From contig JBGTNK010000025.1 in NCBI GenBank assembly GCA_041743125.1, positions 5,969-69,968 on the forward strand: a stretch of 64,000 nt of DNA. Direction: 5' to 3'. The position numbers and the translations under genes are program-made. The first letter of the stretch is position 1. Each line of letters opens with the position of its first letter. This stretch comes from Chitinophagaceae bacterium (GTDB lineage: Bacteria > Bacteroidota > Bacteroidia > Chitinophagales > Chitinophagaceae). Under the pieces are notes generated by a model, which saw nothing but the letters and a program-made list of their open reading frames with translations, made no database searches and was not told where the DNA came from. Positions 31,047-40,451 of the stretch are shown one piece after another.

Positions 31047-31739
31047 ATGCAAGAGAATAAACACTCAATAAAGCAATGGGCAAAAGACGATAGACCCCGG
31101 GAAAAACTACTATCCCGGGGTGCGGAAAACCTCAGTAATTCGGAGCTTCTCGCCATCCTTATCCATAATGGAACAAAGGATAGATCGGCCGTGGATTTGG
31201 GAAAAGAAATATTAAAGCTTGGAAAAGACAATTTAGCTGAGTTGGGCAAGCGATCAATAAAGGAATTGACCAAAATCAAGGGAATAGGAGAAGCAAAGGC
31301 GGTTACCATAGCGGCTGCACTTGAATTAGGCAGAAGGCGCCAGGCCTCCTCATCTCTTGAAAAAGCGGTTGTAACATCAAGTAGGGAGACAGCGGGTTAT
31401 CTTCAGTCCGTCTTAAGAGACTACCGACACGAAGTTTTTGCAGTCCTTTTTTTAAACAGAGCTAATAAGATCAATCATTTTGAAATTATAAGTTCAGGAG
31501 GAATCACTGGCACAGTGGCCGACCCCAGGGTTATCCTAAAAAAAGCTCTGGAGGAAAATGCAGTTAGTATTATTTTATGTCATAATCATCCTTCGGGTAG
31601 CCTCAAACCAAGCCGGGCAGACGAAGAATTAACTCATAAAATAAAGGAAGCAGCAAAATACCTTGACATTAAAATAATTGACCACATAATAGTGAGCGAA
31701 GATGGATATTTCAGTTTTGCGGATGAGGGAATACTTTAG
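31047..31739 (+). CDS. radC: RadC family protein (HhH plus JAB/MPN domain)
   Basis: DRPREKLL, ELLAILI, IKGIGEAKA, HNHPSG...PS..D, DHII. Confidence 0.95.
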   Translation: MQENKHSIKQWAKDDRPREKLLSRGAENLSNSELLAILIHNGTKDRSAVDLGKEILKLGKDNLAELGKRSIKELTKIKGIGEAKAVTIAAALELGRRRQASSSLEKAVVTSSRETAGYLQSVLRDYRHEVFAVLFLNRANKINHFEIISSGGITGTVADPRVILKKALEENAVSIILCHNHPSGSLKPSRADEELTHKIKEAAKYLDIKIIDHIIVSEDGYFSFADEGIL

Positions 31740-31799
31740 GGATCAGAAATTCAGAATTGTGTGTTTGGAGCAAAAAATCAATTGCATAAGAAAAATTTC

Positions 31800-32158
31800 A
31801 TGCGAGAGTATAAAGATCAGTGGGTATTAAAAAAGGGTATGAACTTGCAATGAAAATTTCCTTCTATCAAAGAAAGATTTCCAACCTAAGAAAAATACTT
31901 CCTAACTGTTCAGATTAGAAGATATCCCTATCTGTGTGTACAAACCTGGCTGAAGCTTTAAGAAGAAAGAGATACAAAGACTATTTATTAGTTAGCTAAA
32001 CGACACCGAGACAGAAAATGCTGGACAGAAGTTTGGCTTCATTTCGCGAAAGACCGATCATACCTGAACTAAGTTGAATACATGAATTGACCGGATTGAA
32101 TACGGAAATTGAGAATTGGTTTAGTATGTGATCAATAATGCCGAAAAATTATGTAACC
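31800..32158 (+). pseudogene. Decayed four-helix-bundle (TIGR02436/bAvd-like, '23S rRNA IVS protein') pseudogene
   Basis: Consecutive fragments in shifting frames read MREYKD.., YELAMKI, FPT*EKYFLTVQIRR, SVCTNLAEALRRKRY, IS*LNDTETENA, TEVWLHFAKD..YL, and LV*YVINNAEKLC. These follow the family pattern (FPxEEKYSLTDQIRRSSRSVCxNxAEAxRKRRY...ETxVWLxFA...YMINNPEKF). Confidence 0.8.
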
Positions 32159-32180
32159 TATTCAAGACTCCCGACTGATC

Positions 32181-32495
32181 TCAAGCTTGCGCCGTAGGTC
32201 CTCCAAAGTTTACCGGAAGTTGTATTTCCTCAAGATCTTTGATTACTCCGTTTCCAGCTTCATATTTTCCAATATTTTCTGTAAGCGCCTTCATTAATCT
32301 TTTGGCATGCTGTGGTGTCAAAATTATGCGGGATTTAACTTTGCTTTTTGGTGTTCCGGGCATCACATTCACAAAATCTATTACAAACTCAGCATGCGAA
32401 TGAGTAATAATGGCAAGATTGGCATATGACCCCTCTGCTACTTCTTCTGATATTTCAATATTAAGCTGGTTGGGTTGTTGCGTTGGATTATCCAT
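32181..32495 (-). CDS. DUF3467 domain protein
   Basis: QLNIEISEEVAEGSYANLAIITHSHAEFVIDF...RIILTPQHAKRL. Minus-strand TATCTTTG box at 32512-32519. Confidence 0.85.
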   Translation of the reverse strand: MDNPTQQPNQLNIEISEEVAEGSYANLAIITHSHAEFVIDFVNVMPGTPKSKVKSRIILTPQHAKRLMKALTENIGKYEAGNGVIKDLEEIQLPVNFGGPTAQA

Positions 32496-32519
32496 ATTAA
32501 AAATTGAGGAACAAAGATA

Positions 32520-32551
32520 AAAGAAAAGGCCCCGCCAGAACGGGGCCTTTC
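32520..32551 (-). terminator. Intrinsic terminator of the second susC-susD operon
   Basis: AAAGGCCCCG-(6 nt)-CGGGGCCTTT at 32525-32550, followed by TTTTCTTT on the minus strand. Confidence 0.85.
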
Positions 32552-32572
32552 TAATTTACTTTATTGATAAAA

Positions 32573-34030
32573 CTAGTTCTTATCCCAGAAAAGTTTTGTT
32601 GCAACAACATCACCACCGATGGCAGCAGCAGCTGCATCATAATTTGCCTTATTTAAATTTTGTTCAGGAACAGTATAAGTAAAGCGTAATGGTATTACAG
32701 ATTGCGCTGTTGGTGGTTTTACCAAAGCAGGGAAATCCAATCTTCTCCATTCAATCCAGGATTCCCATCCACGATTATAAAGAGCCAGCCACTTTTGCTC
32801 ACCAATCTTTTGTTTGTATGTACCAGTTGCTGTAAGATAATTGACTGCTGGCTTCAGTAAGTAAGCTGCAGCATCAGCAGCTGAACCACCCCAATACAGA
32901 ATGGAAGCTGTAATGGCCTTATTGTAATGTTCCATCGCGGTTCCTCCAACACTATAATTTCTTTCTACAGCTTCTGCCAGATAGAATTCTACTTCATCAT
33001 AACTCATCAACAAAGCAGGATTATCCGGGTTTGTAATTTTTCCAATTGAGCCTGGAACTAATAGTGGACCAGAAGGCTTTGAAAAAGTTGCATAGTTGCT
33101 ACTTGCACCTGGAGTGGCACCAGAATAATCAGCACCCGTTCCATCTAAAGTAAAATAATATGGCAGCCTGGGATCACCTAAAGCCTTCAATTTATTAACA
33201 GCCGTATTTGTTCCCACAAAATCTTTTCTGCCACTTTGTACCAGATCTACCCAAACAGGATTTGTATTTGGTGGAATTGGCAAGTATTTAAAACTAGCAT
33301 TGTCAGCACTGGATGTAAACACACCTGCGGCTACAGCTGATTCCACAATTGCTTTTGCTTTTGTATTATCATCGTCAGCAATCGTCATTCCCATTTTTAG
33401 TTTAAATGAATTGGCAAATTTTTTCCAGCTGGCAACATCTCCACTATATATAATATCTGCACTACCAAAGCTTTCACCTGATACATCCAGATTTGCTATA
33501 GCGGCATCCAACCGGGTTAGCAAATCAAGGAAAACTGTCTTTTGATCATCGTATTTTGGTTGAGTTTGAAGAGCATCAAGAGACTCCGTATAAGGAACAT
33601 TCCCAAAAGTGGTTACCAGGTAGTACCAGGCATATATTTCCATTATTTCAGTAATGGCCATTTGATTCTTTAAATCATTTGGATTGTTGGCATCATTGGG
33701 ATACAACTTTTTAGCTTCTTTAAAATCCCGCAATACATCACGGTAAATTCCATTCCATATTTGTCTTGGAATCTGGCGTGTTCCCAGATCAAAGTTAGCT
33801 TCATCAGTATAAGTGGTTTCGTTCCAGTATTGAACTACCAAACGAAAGATATTATCATTTACGTTTGATGATGTCAACAAATCCGCCATTTCTTTTTGTG
33901 CACTAGTAAAAAATGCCCTGGAAGGATATGATAGCGGACTTTTGGGATCCACATTTATACTGGTCAGGTCTTTATGACAGGCTACCAGCATAATCACCGG
34001 TAAAAAGCCCAATAACAATAGTTTTTTCAT
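32573..34030 (-). CDS. susD: SusD/RagB family lipoprotein (SusD-like_2 type)
   Basis: Lipobox LVAC; LVTTFGNVPYTE, WKKFANSFKL, EVEFYLAEA, QKWLALY...ESWIEWRRLDFP. Confidence 0.9.
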   Translation of the reverse strand: MKKLLLLGFLPVIMLVACHKDLTSINVDPKSPLSYPSRAFFTSAQKEMADLLTSSNVNDNIFRLVVQYWNETTYTDEANFDLGTRQIPRQIWNGIYRDVLRDFKEAKKLYPNDANNPNDLKNQMAITEIMEIYAWYYLVTTFGNVPYTESLDALQTQPKYDDQKTVFLDLLTRLDAAIANLDVSGESFGSADIIYSGDVASWKKFANSFKLKMGMTIADDDNTKAKAIVESAVAAGVFTSSADNASFKYLPIPPNTNPVWVDLVQSGRKDFVGTNTAVNKLKALGDPRLPYYFTLDGTGADYSGATPGASSNYATFSKPSGPLLVPGSIGKITNPDNPALLMSYDEVEFYLAEAVERNYSVGGTAMEHYNKAITASILYWGGSAADAAAYLLKPAVNYLTATGTYKQKIGEQKWLALYNRGWESWIEWRRLDFPALVKPPTAQSVIPLRFTYTVPEQNLNKANYDAAAAAIGGDVVATKLFWDKN

Positions 34031-34048
34031 AATAAGTCTCTTTTTTTT

Positions 34049-37000
34049 TTAGAATCTGAATTTAACATTAAAACCCGCCGTCCTTACAGAAGGATAAGCT
34101 CCACTTTGATAACCCTGCAAATTACCTGAACTTACATTTTCTTCAGGATCTGCATAAGGTAAATTTTTGTGAATGATCCAAAGGTTCCTTCCTATCAATG
34201 AAACGTCAATTCCCTTAAAAGGATTTAATTTACCGACTAAGGTTTTTGGCAGGGAATAAGTGAAAATAGCTTCTCTCAATTTAACAAAACTTGCATCGTA
34301 GATAAATCCGGCAGCTGGATTTCTTGCATATCCGTATGAGCCATAATTAGTATTACTCACCCGTACATCATTTGGGGTAACCCCATCAAGCTTAACTCCT
34401 GGCATAATAATACCTCCGCCATCAGCAATTGTATTCCTGGAAGGATTACCCAAGTCATTTAAAGCTGCAGTCTCGGGATATAATCCGGTTGCCAGTCCAT
34501 AATACAGATCTAATGAGAAAAGGTCTCCGCCCTGGCGTATATCAATTAACCAGCTCAATGAAAAATCTTTATATTTCAACGTATTATTTACACCACCAAT
34601 CCAATCAGGGTTAACATCACCAATATTTATATTTGATTCGACAGTTGTTTCATACCTGCCGTTGGTCTTCACGATTCTTTTACCTGATCCTTTGTCATCA
34701 TTTGCGTATTTATAATCATTCCCACGGATAATGCCGAATGGTTCACCCAATGCAGCATTTACAGATACACCTCCCTGGAATGTTCCCAAAGTAATCACAT
34801 CAATCCCTGGAAATAATTCTTCAACTTTATTGCGGTTGCGTGTCCAGTTAAGGTTAATAGTCCAGGTGAAATCTTTTGTTTGAATTGGTGTACCAAAAAC
34901 TGATAACTCGACACCTTGATTTCGAACGTTTCCAGCATTCAGGAACCTGGAATTATAACCTGTTGCTGTAGAAACAGGTACTGCAAATATCTGGTCAAAT
35001 GTTTTGGCATTATAATAAGAAATATCAAATCCAGCCCTATTTTTTAAAAAGGCTGCTTCAATACCAAATTCATAACTCTTTGTACGCTCAGGTTTCAATT
35101 CTGAATTGGCACTTGTACCAGCAACGCTGGCTTGTGAATTAGAACCGAAAGGCGTTCCGATAGTATATGCGTCAACCAAAGAATATGGAGCCGCATCATT
35201 GCCTACCTGGGCATAATTGGTTCTGAATTTACCATAGCTTAACCAATCCGTGGAAGGAAGCAATTTAGAGAACACCCAGCCTAAAGATGCTGAAGGGTAC
35301 CAATAACTGTTTTTGCCTTTTGGTAAAGTTGAGGATTGGTCATTTCTTATAGTACCATCAACAGTAATCATATCTCTCCAGGACAAGGTTGCACCTGCAA
35401 AATTTCCCCAAACTTCTCTCCTTGCATCAATTTCAATGGGAGCATTAATAGGATTCAAAGAATTAGAAAGAGAATAAATTCTGTTGGCAACTAATCCACC
35501 ATTAGTAGCAGCTATTATTACTTCACGGCGCTCTTTTCTTACGTTAGTACCTAACAATCCTCTAAGTGTAAAATCATTGGAGATCTTCTTCTCCATATTC
35601 ATGATCAGGTTGTAATTGGTTTGACTTACATTCCTGTTCGTTCTATTATAACTGGAAGTAGTTACGCTACCTACTGCCTGCCTTTCTTCCTGGATTTCGC
35701 TATATGTATCATGAGCAACACTACCATTTATATTTAACCACTCAAGAGGTTTGTAATTCAAACTTGCGTTACCAAAATACCGGTTACGCTCATCAGTCTC
35801 GTAATTTTCATAACGTGTAAAATAAGGATTGTCCCAATATATGGGGGTAAGGTCTGATGGATCAGCCCAGTTCCAGGTTACATTTCTTTTTTCCCTGTTA
35901 TAGGCTTGCTTTTGTTCATCAATATCAACATTCACCTGCCACCACTGGCGAAAATTACCCATTAGGTTCTTATCATCGTATCCGGTACCATATCTTCCCC
36001 TTCCATTAATACCTGAAAAATTTATTGAAGCAGCAGCTGTCAATTTTGAAGTCAGGTTATAACTTCCCCCAAAATTGATCAGATTCTTTGCGATCTTACT
36101 GTTGGGCATGATTCCTTTATCATCTGTTCTTGTATATCCCAATTTAAATGAGCCCATATCTGAACCACCGGTAATCGCTACACTTTGATTAGAAGAAACA
36201 GAATTTTGAAATATTGATCCGGGCATATTAGCAGCTGCTAAATAGGGCCTTGCTTTTCCGAAATTGGGGGAAAGTGGATCAAAAGCATCCCATTGATATA
36301 CCAATCTGCCATCCAATTTTCCGCCATAAGATGCGTCCTCACTTGTTGGCGTCACCAGGTCATCAATACCATCTCCATTTATATCTCTGTAAAGGAAAAA
36401 ACCTGAAGGATCTTCATAGTAAGCACCATATCCGCCGCCATATTCTTTCTGATACTTAATGAAAGTAGATTTATCATACTGACCTACAGTAAAACCGGAG
36501 TTAACCGTAATGCCCAATCCTCTTGATCCCTTTTTGGTTGTGATTAAGATAACTCCGTTACCACCCTGTGAACCATAAAGTGCAGTAGAAGCTGCTCCCT
36601 TTAGCACGGTAATTGATTCAATATCATCAGGATTAATGTCTGCTGCGGCGCTTCCATAGTCATAACCTCCCCTTCCAGTAGATTGCTGTGCATTACCTGT
36701 ATTAGGATTTACTGATTTTGCATTTGAATTATCAATGGGAATTCCATCTACTACAAATAATGCCTGGTTATTTCCCGAAATTGATTTTGTACCTCTTACA
36801 ACTACATTCGTTGATCCGCCCAGCGTATTTGACTGCCGAAATTCAACACCGGAAACCTTTCCCGACATGCTCTGCATAAAGTTAGAACTCCGGTTATTGC
36901 TTACTTCTTCACCTTTAATTTGCTGAGCAGCATATGATACCGTGTTTCTTGATCTTTTAATACCTAAAGCAGTAACTACTACTTCCTGCAAATTTCCCTG

Positions 37001-37282
37001 CTGCTGCATAGAGACTGAAATAGTTGCAGCTTTTCCCACTCTTATTTCCTGGTCTGCAAAGCTGGCAGAACTAATTATCAGCGTTTCTCCCTCCTTAACT
37101 TCGATTGAAAAATTACCGTTTGCGTCTGCCGAGGTTCCTGTATTTGAACCCTTAACTGTAATAGTTGCAAAAGGAACAGGGCCTCCAATGCTGTTTCTGA
37201 CCTGTCCAGTTACGGTTTTTTGTGCAAAAGCCAATGTACATAATAGCATCAGCACTGCACTTAATAATGCAAGTTTTCTCAT
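34049..37282 (-). CDS. susC: SusC/RagA TonB-dependent transporter (no adjacent CAZymes)
   Basis: Start MRKLALL at 37282 (the track over-extends by 37 codons). EVVVTALGI, ALFVVDGIPI, LKGAASTALYGSQ; C-terminal F. Confidence 0.93.
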   Translation of the reverse strand: MRKLALLSAVLMLLCTLAFAQKTVTGQVRNSIGGPVPFATITVKGSNTGTSADANGNFSIEVKEGETLIISSASFADQEIRVGKAATISVSMQQQGNLQEVVVTALGIKRSRNTVSYAAQQIKGEEVSNNRSSNFMQSMSGKVSGVEFRQSNTLGGSTNVVVRGTKSISGNNQALFVVDGIPIDNSNAKSVNPNTGNAQQSTGRGGYDYGSAAADINPDDIESITVLKGAASTALYGSQGGNGVILITTKKGSRGLGITVNSGFTVGQYDKSTFIKYQKEYGGGYGAYYEDPSGFFLYRDINGDGIDDLVTPTSEDASYGGKLDGRLVYQWDAFDPLSPNFGKARPYLAAANMPGSIFQNSVSSNQSVAITGGSDMGSFKLGYTRTDDKGIMPNSKIAKNLINFGGSYNLTSKLTAAASINFSGINGRGRYGTGYDDKNLMGNFRQWWQVNVDIDEQKQAYNREKRNVTWNWADPSDLTPIYWDNPYFTRYENYETDERNRYFGNASLNYKPLEWLNINGSVAHDTYSEIQEERQAVGSVTTSSYNRTNRNVSQTNYNLIMNMEKKISNDFTLRGLLGTNVRKERREVIIAATNGGLVANRIYSLSNSLNPINAPIEIDARREVWGNFAGATLSWRDMITVDGTIRNDQSSTLPKGKNSYWYPSASLGWVFSKLLPSTDWLSYGKFRTNYAQVGNDAAPYSLVDAYTIGTPFGSNSQASVAGTSANSELKPERTKSYEFGIEAAFLKNRAGFDISYYNAKTFDQIFAVPVSTATGYNSRFLNAGNVRNQGVELSVFGTPIQTKDFTWTINLNWTRNRNKVEELFPGIDVITLGTFQGGVSVNAALGEPFGIIRGNDYKYANDDKGSGKRIVKTNGRYETTVESNINIGDVNPDWIGGVNNTLKYKDFSLSWLIDIRQGGDLFSLDLYYGLATGLYPETAALNDLGNPSRNTIADGGGIIMPGVKLDGVTPNDVRVSNTNYGSYGYARNPAAGFIYDASFVKLREAIFTYSLPKTLVGKLNPFKGIDVSLIGRNLWIIHKNLPYADPEENVSSGNLQGYQSGAYPSVRTAGFNVKFRF

Positions 37283-37455
37283 GTGAATAAAAATTTTTAA
37301 GTTAAAATAACCAATACAATAACAGTAAAATCCGTCCATTCCCTTTGAAAAGGCTACCCTAGAGACAGCCACATATCGGAAAGTGCTGCGCAATATAAAG
37401 TTTTTTTTAACAAACGATTATTAGTCTTTTAAAATAATTAACTTCTTGATTCAAA

Positions 37456-39498
37456 TTAAAACAGTATTCGCAGCTGGCATTTAATCTCCGTTTTTTTATT
37501 TCCTATAATTTCATCTAACCCGGAACCGATGATTTTTTTATCAAGAAAAATCGTTTGTGCCCATCTTAACCAAACAGACATTCTTTTGGTTATATCATAA
37601 TTCGCCATGGTATAATACCGGTATCCTTTGTCAAAAAAAGCTGGTATGGAATAACTATATAATACGTCCCGTTCATAAGCATATAATCGGGAATTGTAAC
37701 CGCTGGTTTCAAAATGCTGCAGCCTCATGAACAAGGAAAATGGCTTCATCGCTGGTTTATAAATGAAATCCACAAACATCAAAAACCCGGTTTCTCTTTC
37801 CCATTCCTTATCATTATACCAAACCAATTCGATGCGATTCCGGATTGTTGTTGTTGAATTTAATTTATAACTGGATTGAAACCTCCAGTTTTTTTTTGGA
37901 ACAGCGATGACATTGTTGGTAACACTGATATTGTTTTGCTGATTAGCATCCTTACTTTCATTTCTAAAACGGGTGTATAATTCAAATTGTTTATTTGGCG
38001 TGTAAGTTAACTGAGCCAGGTAATCTCTTCCATTACCCGTAGCATCCACCTGGTATTTAAGCCATGGAAATTTGTAAAGATCTGCGTATGCATCCAATTG
38101 CCATCCCTGTGCGGGACGAATAGTGATTCCGGCATAAATACCATTTTCATTGGTTGGATAAGTATTTTCTGTAAAAGCATTTCCATTTATGGCCTGGTAA
38201 TTTTTTGCAATAGTTCTTTGCACAAGGGATAAATCAACTTTTGAATCTACACTTATTAAAAGGCCATTTAAAAAAGCAGTATTAAAATTTTTGTCAATAG
38301 CCCCTTCACCAAAAAAGTGAAGACTCTTATAAGTATAACTATAATCTACACTGAAGTTATGCCAGGTTTTCCCTTTAACGGAAAACAAATTGTAAGGCTC
38401 GTCACCTTTTTGAACCGGCTTTGAGAAATGATAAAATAAACCATTGATTGCAACGTGCCATCGATTGCCAGAATATTTCAAAATTCCTCCGGAGGAGAAT
38501 TGTTTTAATATGTTTTTATCCGCTTGCTCTGAAACAGTTCGGTGATATCCTGAAGTTTGAAAAGAAGAAATGTAATCGTAGTTATTAATTGTATCTGCTA
38601 TAAAATTTGCACTTAAATGCCGGATCGAGGCAAATACAGTGGTTTCCAAATTCTTTAATTTTAGAGTGATGCCCGCTCCCCGGTTAAAATTATACTCGCC
38701 GGAAGAATGATAAGGGCGCAGGACGGCGGATTGCCTTTTTACACCCATTACATCTACGCTTTTTTTGAATGCCAGGTTTTGCCAGAGCACAAGCCCCTGC
38801 CCCATGTTAACAGTAAAATCACCCAATGCGAAAGCCTTTACTATACCCGTGTTGCCGGTGAATAAATGAAATGAAAAAAAGTCAAACCCGTTGTTTTGTT
38901 TCCCCTTAAAAAATTGTTCACCGGCATCTTTTTCGGTGGTGAATCCATATTGCAATAAGTTTTTATAAACATACCTGTATCTAAGAAATAATCTTTGAGG
39001 GCCACCAAGGTATTTAGTTCCTGGTCTTGATTTATCGTATCCCTTTGCTTTTTCCAATACCTGTGAATAACGCAATAACAAATTTTGGCTGCCATTTTTC
39101 AGCCTGGCAGAAAAATCTTCTCTTAAAGATCCGTAGGAGTTTATAGTAACAAAATCTAATAGTTTCCTGATTGTGGCCAGGTCAAAGGCAGGAACAGCCT
39201 GTAATTCATAAAGGCTAATAAATTTTCCAAATAACCTGCGATAGGAAATGAGACTGGCGATTTGTAAACCATTTAATATTCTTAAATCCCTCAATTCATT
39301 GATGTCAGCTGTATTCAGATTCAGCGGGTACTTCCGGTAATATTCCAATTGCAATAAATAAGAATCATCTTCCGTTTCTGCCTGGTCTGCATCAGTAAGA
39401 TTTTCAAGTTGCTGTTCGTTGGAGGGAGGAATATCCTGGGCTACAGACACATACACTAGGAAATGGAAAATAGATAATATAATACTGAACCTTTTCAA
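37456..39498 (-). CDS. Signal-peptide protein with ComEA-like helix-hairpin-helix domain and a predicted C-terminal outer-membrane beta-barrel
   Basis: PLNLNTADINELRDL...IASLISYRRLFGKFISLYELQAV matches the ComEA HhH pattern. About 550 aa of aromatic-rich alternating strands end in QLRILF. TTG start overlaps the upstream stop (TTGA). Confidence 0.78.
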   Translation of the reverse strand: MKRFSIILSIFHFLVYVSVAQDIPPSNEQQLENLTDADQAETEDDSYLLQLEYYRKYPLNLNTADINELRDLRILNGLQIASLISYRRLFGKFISLYELQAVPAFDLATIRKLLDFVTINSYGSLREDFSARLKNGSQNLLLRYSQVLEKAKGYDKSRPGTKYLGGPQRLFLRYRYVYKNLLQYGFTTEKDAGEQFFKGKQNNGFDFFSFHLFTGNTGIVKAFALGDFTVNMGQGLVLWQNLAFKKSVDVMGVKRQSAVLRPYHSSGEYNFNRGAGITLKLKNLETTVFASIRHLSANFIADTINNYDYISSFQTSGYHRTVSEQADKNILKQFSSGGILKYSGNRWHVAINGLFYHFSKPVQKGDEPYNLFSVKGKTWHNFSVDYSYTYKSLHFFGEGAIDKNFNTAFLNGLLISVDSKVDLSLVQRTIAKNYQAINGNAFTENTYPTNENGIYAGITIRPAQGWQLDAYADLYKFPWLKYQVDATGNGRDYLAQLTYTPNKQFELYTRFRNESKDANQQNNISVTNNVIAVPKKNWRFQSSYKLNSTTTIRNRIELVWYNDKEWERETGFLMFVDFIYKPAMKPFSLFMRLQHFETSGYNSRLYAYERDVLYSYSIPAFFDKGYRYYTMANYDITKRMSVWLRWAQTIFLDKKIIGSGLDEIIGNKKTEIKCQLRILF

Positions 39499-40322
39499 TT
39501 TTCTTTATTATCAATAGTAAAAAGGAAAAACAGACCTGGGGTGACACCCAAGTGGGGATGGAAGGCTGATGTAATGTCCATATGAAATGATCTCCATGAC
39601 AACCCAACCCCTATCCATCCTGACGAAGTCCCCGATGATATCCCCATCTTGCCAGATAACTGCGGTAGTATCTTGTACTGTATCCCGGTATTTACATTAA
39701 CAGGCAAATCCTCTTCCTTAACTACCTCTGCACCTATAAAAACTTTTTCTGATACTTCATACCCTATTCCTATTGTATATATGGACGATAATTTTTCTTG
39801 CTGATCTTTTCCAAATTTTCCTCCAACAGGATTGCTTACATGAACGCCCGTATGAATCTTCTCTGTAAGATGGAATACTGTTCCTATTTCAAAACCTATA
39901 GCTGCATCGTTTCCGTAGCCAGCTATCCGTATTCCATTATAATTAATCTGTACTCCTATATCGATTTTACTACCCAACCTGCGGCCATAAGCCAAACCAA
40001 GCTGTGTTTCATTATATTCCGTAAATCCATAATACCCAACCTTTATTCCAAAATTTCCTGAAGTTGTGGGAATAGCTATGCCAGTTATGAAGTTGTTTAA
40101 TTCGCTTAACAGAAACCTCTTTTCTCCAAAAACTGCTATAGCAGGTTTTTTAATTTGAGCAAGTGATGCCTGGTTTGTAATAAAAGAAAGGATATCTGCA
40201 TAATTAACACTGTAAGATCCAAGGCTGATATACGGGATATTTGCTGGTCTTCTTAAAGTCTGGCCATAAACTAATACACCTATTGATAAAACAAAAAATA
40301 AACAAATGCATTTACTTTTCAC
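39495..40322 (-). CDS. PorV/PorQ-like (FadL-fold) small outer-membrane beta-barrel protein
   Basis: Signal peptide; NQASLA segment resembling the NPAxLa motif; amphipathic strands such as LGLAYGRRLG and IGVQINY. Confidence 0.6.
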   Translation of the reverse strand: MKSKCICLFFVLSIGVLVYGQTLRRPANIPYISLGSYSVNYADILSFITNQASLAQIKKPAIAVFGEKRFLLSELNNFITGIAIPTTSGNFGIKVGYYGFTEYNETQLGLAYGRRLGSKIDIGVQINYNGIRIAGYGNDAAIGFEIGTVFHLTEKIHTGVHVSNPVGGKFGKDQQEKLSSIYTIGIGYEVSEKVFIGAEVVKEEDLPVNVNTGIQYKILPQLSGKMGISSGTSSGWIGVGLSWRSFHMDITSAFHPHLGVTPGLFFLFTIDNKEN

Positions 40323-40439
40323 CCGGCTGGTTTTTGGCTATAGAAAGTTATTAAAATTATATCACATCCCTTTAAAGAAGTTGATGATTAGAAGAGGTTA
40401 TTTATTCGTTTACCCCGGTGTTAGCACATAAACTTTATG

Positions 40440-40447
40440 TAGGTTTG
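40440..40447 (+). promoter_or_regulatory. Bacteroidota -7 promoter box for folD-queE
   Basis: TAGGTTTG, 4 nt before the ATG at 40452. Confidence 0.6.
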
Positions 40448-40451
40448 CGCC

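Noticed and set aside
31047-31739. radC as a marker of a prophage or ICE
   Set aside because: It is the full-length chromosomal form with N-terminal HhH, and no integrase, att-like repeat or phage gene is nearby.
31800-32158. Diversity-generating retroelement suggested by the Avd-like pseudogene
   Set aside because: No reverse transcriptase and no template/variable repeat pair seen in the window.
31743-32176. Short duplicated motifs flanking the pseudogene (TCAGAA twice at 31743/31751; GACT twice at 32166/32173) as element-end repeats
   Set aside because: Two copies of 4-6 bp cannot be told from chance without comparative alignment.
37283-37393. N-terminal extensions in the ORF track (susC-2, ruvA, xylB, uxuA, 59443 gene, 56555 gene)
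   Set aside because: Downstream ATGs give proper signal peptides or family-typical N-termini, and for ruvA the extension would overlap its own promoter box.
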